Of a DNA stretch of 64,000 nucleotides, positions 60,404 to 64,000 are shown piece by piece; the stretch's first letter is position 1, and each line of letters begins with the position of its first letter. Under the pieces are notes generated by a model. The model saw only the letters and a list, made by a program, of their open reading frames with translations. It did no database searches and had not been told where the DNA came from. This stretch comes from Candidatus Gastranaerophilales bacterium. GTDB taxonomy: Bacteria; Cyanobacteriota; Vampirovibrionia; Gastranaerophilales; JAILCC01. A program made the position numbers and the translations under genes. The stretch spans positions 26,603-90,602 of the forward strand of contig JAQVHS010000007.1 in NCBI GenBank assembly GCA_028696075.1, read 5' to 3'.

Positions 60404-63101
60404 AAACAGGCAGCTTTCACCTAACTTTAGAAGCAAAACTGTTTATGAGAGTCATAAAATTATCGAAAAAGATATTTTATCACTGTCAGAAGCAAAATAT
60501 CTTGCTGTTAATCCCGAAACTCCAAAGCAGGAAATTCTTGGCGTTAATTTAAGCAGGGCTGATGAGAAAACAATAGAATTAACATCAAGATACGGGAATA
60601 AAACGGGAACAATAACCTATAATCCGAATGTAAAACAACCGGAGATAAATGTTCAGGCAGGTTCATTCCAGCCCGTTATTGAGCTAAAGGACGAAGAACT
60701 TGGCATAACTCTTCTTATGACAAGAGGTTCAACTTTGCAGGGAAACAATTTAAACGTAAATTACAAACCTGTTGCAAGACCTGATATTTCATTTAGGAGC
60801 GGGCATAATTTAGTTGTAGCAACAGGTTATAAAGCTGAAAAAACAAGTGAGATAGTAAACAATTATAATTTCAATAGGGAATATAGTACCTTTGATGTTT
60901 TTATGCAGGCTTTAAGACGCCAATACACTATATTCGGACTTGGCGCAGGCTATGGTTCAAGGTTAAAGCCGATATCAGATTTAACAGGTGATAATAAGTT
61001 ATCAACAAAATACCCCGGCGGTAAAAACAGCATATTTGAAGTAGCTGTCTTGGATGCTGCAATGAGGCTGGGAAAAATTGGCAACATTCAAGTGGTACGG
61101 GAAAATCCTGATAATTTATCGGGTACGGCGGGCGCTATTATTAAGTGTTTAAAAAACGGCACGGTACCTATGGATAAACCACTGATTTTATTGACAGGGG
61201 ACACATTTAATAATATTGATTTGAGTGAAGCTGCCTATCAGGCGGAACAATTTCATTTATCGGGGATTGCAATGTTGGTTTCTGCTGTTGATGAAAATGA
61301 ATTAATCGGCAAAGCTCCGATAAAATTTGATGAAAATAATGAGATAACAGAACTGTACCCTGTAATCACTCCTGAAAATTATTCTGAAATTGTAAGTAAA
61401 GCAAAGGTTGAGGGGAAAATTTATACGGGAACGAATATAGTTATTATACAACCGGAAATTCTTTCTATTCTTAAAAAATTTGCAGATGCTGACGGCAAGG
61501 CGGATTTTCTTGAATTTTTCGGGTTGATGTTTAATACATTAAATAAAAATACAGAGATATTAGAAAAGAAATACCCAAACGGTTTAACATCAGAAGAGTT
61601 AAAGATAAGTGATTTGGTTGATTATACAGGCAATCCCAATCCTGTTTATAATAAAGACAATAAAGCTTTAAAATTAAAGGCTATAGTCGCAAATAAGGAT
61701 TACCTTTCTGAATATAAATGTTTTTCTTCTGATATGGGAACAATAGAGGAATATTTTAATACCCTTCATAAGATAAAAAAAGAAAAATCTATAGTAAGGA
61801 TGAAACAGGAAACTTTAGATACCATTAAATCTCATATTGATGATAACGGCGTTATTTATATGAATACCGAAGCAAAGTCAAAATTAGTTCAGTTTCAACA
61901 AAAATACGATATAAATTCTGTCAGCGGAAATGTCATTGTACATTCTTTCAAGCCTAAACAGCCGGTGGAAATTACACCCGCCCCGGCAGTTAATAAAAAA
62001 GAAGAGCATACAGGTGGAAGGAACCTGCTTGATTTAACCTATAAACCTGAAGAAAATGATATAACCGTAGGCGCAATGTTTCTTTGCGGGGATGTCAACA
62101 ACTTTGCACAGCAAATGATTCAAAAACACGGACTATTACCTTTTATATCCTGGTATTTGAGTCCTAAGGGCTACTATGGCGCTTATGAAAGATATGTCCA
62201 AAAATTATATAATCGTTCAAACTCGCTGGAAATGTTATTAAAATATGCGCCTAATTGGTCGCCCTGGAAACTGGAAGAAAAATCATGGCTGCTTCAAAAT
62301 CCTTCACTCTCAAATGTTTCGGAAAATATGAGAGAAAGACTGTTTCATGCAGAATTGGATAAAAAAAGAGAAATTCCTTTTACTATAGGCAAATTACCGG
62401 AGATTTTCCCTAATAATGATGCTTTTTTACAGCTGATAAAAACCTTAAAAACAAGAGAAATTCTTGATGCCAGCCTTTACATCGGGGGAGGTAATTACAA
62501 AGTTGAGAGGTTAAAAGGCGGCGAGCTGAATGATAAATTTATTTACTTACTGGAACGTAATAATAAAAAATTTATTTTAAAATTTGACAGAATTAACGTT
62601 GAAGACTCCGACACGGTAGACGGCAGGAAATTATCTCTTATTGAGCAGCGCTCAATAAGAAAAAACAAGTACACAGCCGCTGATTCTATTTATTCCAATG
62701 CTTGTATAAGCGCATATCTTCAATACAACGGTTGTTCCCATATACCTGAAATGTTTTATTATCACCATGGCGCAAATGCCGCAATTTATGAATATATTGA
62801 AGATAAAGACGGAGACTTATTTCAGCATAATCTGCTTAATACGGAATATGACAGTTTGTCAGAAACAAACAAAACGTATAAGATGCTAAACAAATTAGGT
62901 GTATTCTTAAATGATACCGCATATAAAAACACGCTGACCGATAGCAAAGGAATGAAAAAAATTATCGATTTGGGACATGCTTCATTTTTTATGCCGTTTA
63001 AGCCCGGAATTAAACATTATAATATAGAATTTGCTAACACAAACGGGCCTGATATGAGTGCTATTTATGCAGGTTTATTAAATATCCAATATTCTTTATA
63101 A
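60369..63101 (+). CDS. 910-aa multidomain protein: unknown N-terminal region + sugar-nucleotidyltransferase-like domain + C-terminal protein-kinase-like domain
   Basis: A GGGAGA SD lies upstream and the gene overlaps the upstream gene by 35 nt. The NTP-transferase signature is FGLGAGYGSRLKP...LSGTAGAI...LLTGDTF (aa ~186-390). The C-terminus (aa ~710-910) has kinase-like elements: KFILKF, YEYIED, LNDTAYKN (D...KN catalytic-loop-like) and IIDLGHA (DFG-like). Confidence 0.75.
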   Translation: MKVTPLYSNSYKNRQLSPNFRSKTVYESHKIIEKDILSLSEAKYLAVNPETPKQEILGVNLSRADEKTIELTSRYGNKTGTITYNPNVKQPEINVQAGSFQPVIELKDEELGITLLMTRGSTLQGNNLNVNYKPVARPDISFRSGHNLVVATGYKAEKTSEIVNNYNFNREYSTFDVFMQALRRQYTIFGLGAGYGSRLKPISDLTGDNKLSTKYPGGKNSIFEVAVLDAAMRLGKIGNIQVVRENPDNLSGTAGAIIKCLKNGTVPMDKPLILLTGDTFNNIDLSEAAYQAEQFHLSGIAMLVSAVDENELIGKAPIKFDENNEITELYPVITPENYSEIVSKAKVEGKIYTGTNIVIIQPEILSILKKFADADGKADFLEFFGLMFNTLNKNTEILEKKYPNGLTSEELKISDLVDYTGNPNPVYNKDNKALKLKAIVANKDYLSEYKCFSSDMGTIEEYFNTLHKIKKEKSIVRMKQETLDTIKSHIDDNGVIYMNTEAKSKLVQFQQKYDINSVSGNVIVHSFKPKQPVEITPAPAVNKKEEHTGGRNLLDLTYKPEENDITVGAMFLCGDVNNFAQQMIQKHGLLPFISWYLSPKGYYGAYERYVQKLYNRSNSLEMLLKYAPNWSPWKLEEKSWLLQNPSLSNVSENMRERLFHAELDKKREIPFTIGKLPEIFPNNDAFLQLIKTLKTREILDASLYIGGGNYKVERLKGGELNDKFIYLLERNNKKFILKFDRINVEDSDTVDGRKLSLIEQRSIRKNKYTAADSIYSNACISAYLQYNGCSHIPEMFYYHHGANAAIYEYIEDKDGDLFQHNLLNTEYDSLSETNKTYKMLNKLGVFLNDTAYKNTLTDSKGMKKIIDLGHASFFMPFKPGIKHYNIEFANTNGPDMSAIYAGLLNIQYSL

Positions 63102-63198
63102 AGTGTAAATATTTGTAAATAAATCCTGTTTTTTACTAAAGTTTTTCAAATAAATGCCGATAAGTACATTATCGAAGGTAGAGAATAAGGAGTATATT

Positions 63199-63336
63199 AT
63201 GAGCAGCCAGCAATTTTATTGGGCAGGAACTTACAGCTTTAAAAATGAGGTAAGATTTTTCCTTGAACTGCTAAAAAAACAAATAGATTTACTCTTGTCA
63301 AAAATTGAAAAGACAGAAAAGTTTATTGAACGGTGA
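63199..63336 (+). CDS. Small hypothetical protein (45 aa)
   Basis: I start it at ATG 63199, which has a strong AAGGAG SD 6 nt upstream, rather than the track start at 63154. A clean terminator follows. Confidence 0.4.
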   Translation: MSSQQFYWAGTYSFKNEVRFFLELLKKQIDLLLSKIEKTEKFIER

Positions 63337-63362
63337 GATTAGACATTACAAACTTCTTTAAT

Positions 63363-63383
63363 AGAGGCGCAAGCCTCTTTTTT
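63363..63383 (+). terminator. Intrinsic terminator
   Basis: An AGAGGC-gcaa-GCCTCT hairpin is followed by a T5 run. It lies in the 53-nt gap between convergent genes. Confidence 0.6.
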
Positions 63384-63389
63384 CTTATG

Positions 63390-64000
63390 TTATAAAATAT
63401 GCTCCATCTTTTCTTTTTTTGTTCTCATATAAAATTCGTTGTATTTATTCAACTCGCATGGAATTGCGATTCTGTCTGTGATTTCTATATTATAGCCCTT
63501 AAGTGCAACAATTTTTTTGGGGTTATTGGTAATTAAATTAAACCTTGTTAAACCTAAATCAAGTAATATTTGAGCACCTACTCCGTAATCTCTTAAGTCA
63601 GGTTCAAAGCCCAAATCAATGTTAGCTTCTACCGTATCTTTGCCATGGTCTTGCAGGTCATAAGCCTTGATTTTATTGGTTAAACCTATTCCTCTTCCTT
63701 CATGGTCGCGCAGGTAAACCAAAGCCCCGCAGCCGTAATCTTCTATATATTCAAGCGCATTTGCCAATTGGTCGCCGCAATCACACTTTAAGCTGTGAAA
63801 TATATCACCCGTGAGGCATTCGCTATGCATTCTCACAGCGGGGATTTTTCCGCAGTCTAAATCTTTTACAAGCGCTACATGTTCGCAGCCGTCAAGCTCA
63901 TTTATATAACCGTATATTTCAAAAATACCATGCCGGGTCGGCATTTTTGCACACGCAATACGTTTAACAAAACGCTCATGGTTTAGACGGTATTCAATAA
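63390..64000 (-). CDS. ribBA: Bifunctional DHBP synthase / GTP cyclohydrolase II, 5'-truncated by the window edge
   Basis: GTP cyclohydrolase II motifs are present: RMHSECLTGDIFHSLKCDCGDQL and HEGRGIGL. The frame stays open upstream of the listed Met (...IEYRLNHERFVKRIACAKMPTRHG) to the window edge, consistent with a RibB domain lying beyond 64000. Confidence 0.9.
   Translation of the reverse strand, partial: IEYRLNHERFVKRIACAKMPTRHGIFEIYGYINELDGCEHVALVKDLDCGKIPAVRMHSECLTGDIFHSLKCDCGDQLANALEYIEDYGCGALVYLRDHEGRGIGLTNKIKAYDLQDHGKDTVEANIDLGFEPDLRDYGVGAQILLDLGLTRFNLITNNPKKIVALKGYNIEITDRIAIPCELNKYNEFYMRTKKEKMEHIL

Noticed and set aside
57848-63119. Calling the segment bracketed by the 16-bp direct repeats a mobile element or genomic island.
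   Set aside because: No transposase, integrase or recombinase is present, nor terminal inverted repeats or a flanking tRNA. Related TGTAAA repeats occur at 58498 and 8714 in promoter-like positions. A regulatory-site explanation is therefore at least as likely as att or target-site duplication. I report it as a finding and do not annotate it as a mobile element.

Overview
This is a 64-kb chromosomal window from an AT-rich bacterium (roughly mid-30s % GC by eye, not computed). It looks anaerobic (nrdDG) and outer-membrane-bearing (TolC, autotransporter). I can support about 52 protein-coding genes, one tRNA-Glu(UUC), one decayed paralog, several intrinsic terminators and a few candidate regulatory elements. 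I see no rRNA, CRISPR array, transposase, integrase or phage structural gene. Housekeeping genes are cysS, nrdD-nrdG, polA, recJ, aroC-aroK-aroB, era, a TrmH-family methyltransferase, an M24 aminopeptidase, ispH-rpsA, tatD, a parvulin PPIase, a class-I aminotransferase, a 5'-truncated ribBA, and dnaA (56249-57661, minus strand). The region upstream of dnaA is AT-rich with DnaA-box-like 9-mers and is a probable oriC. Envelope and signalling genes are a TolC/MFP/MacB-type efflux operon, three PAS histidine-kinase-type proteins (one lacks the phospho-acceptor His) and an XRE regulator. Accessory or unusual content, most interesting first: (1) Next to dnaA, a membrane-anchored PHP phosphoesterase is translationally coupled to a 910-aa nucleotidyltransferase plus kinase-like fusion. 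The pair is bracketed by an exact 16-bp direct repeat and preceded by a decayed paralog. (2) The ~360-nt nrdD leader contains five tandem ~22-nt mini-hairpin units, a weakly cobalamin-riboswitch-like core and a terminator. (3) A 2769-aa Pmp-repeat autotransporter carries two families of long internal tandem repeats. (4) A 1043-aa six-TM protein has a thrice-repeated module. (5) A BioF-like PLP enzyme sits between a His-less sensor and an XRE regulator. (6) Several orphan low-complexity or secreted proteins are present, and some share a TGTAAA-N4/5-TGTAAA upstream motif. Functional calls rest on motifs I recognise in the supplied translations. No database search was run. Lineage (for example Melainabacteria, Fusobacteria or Negativicutes-like) cannot be decided from the sequence alone.
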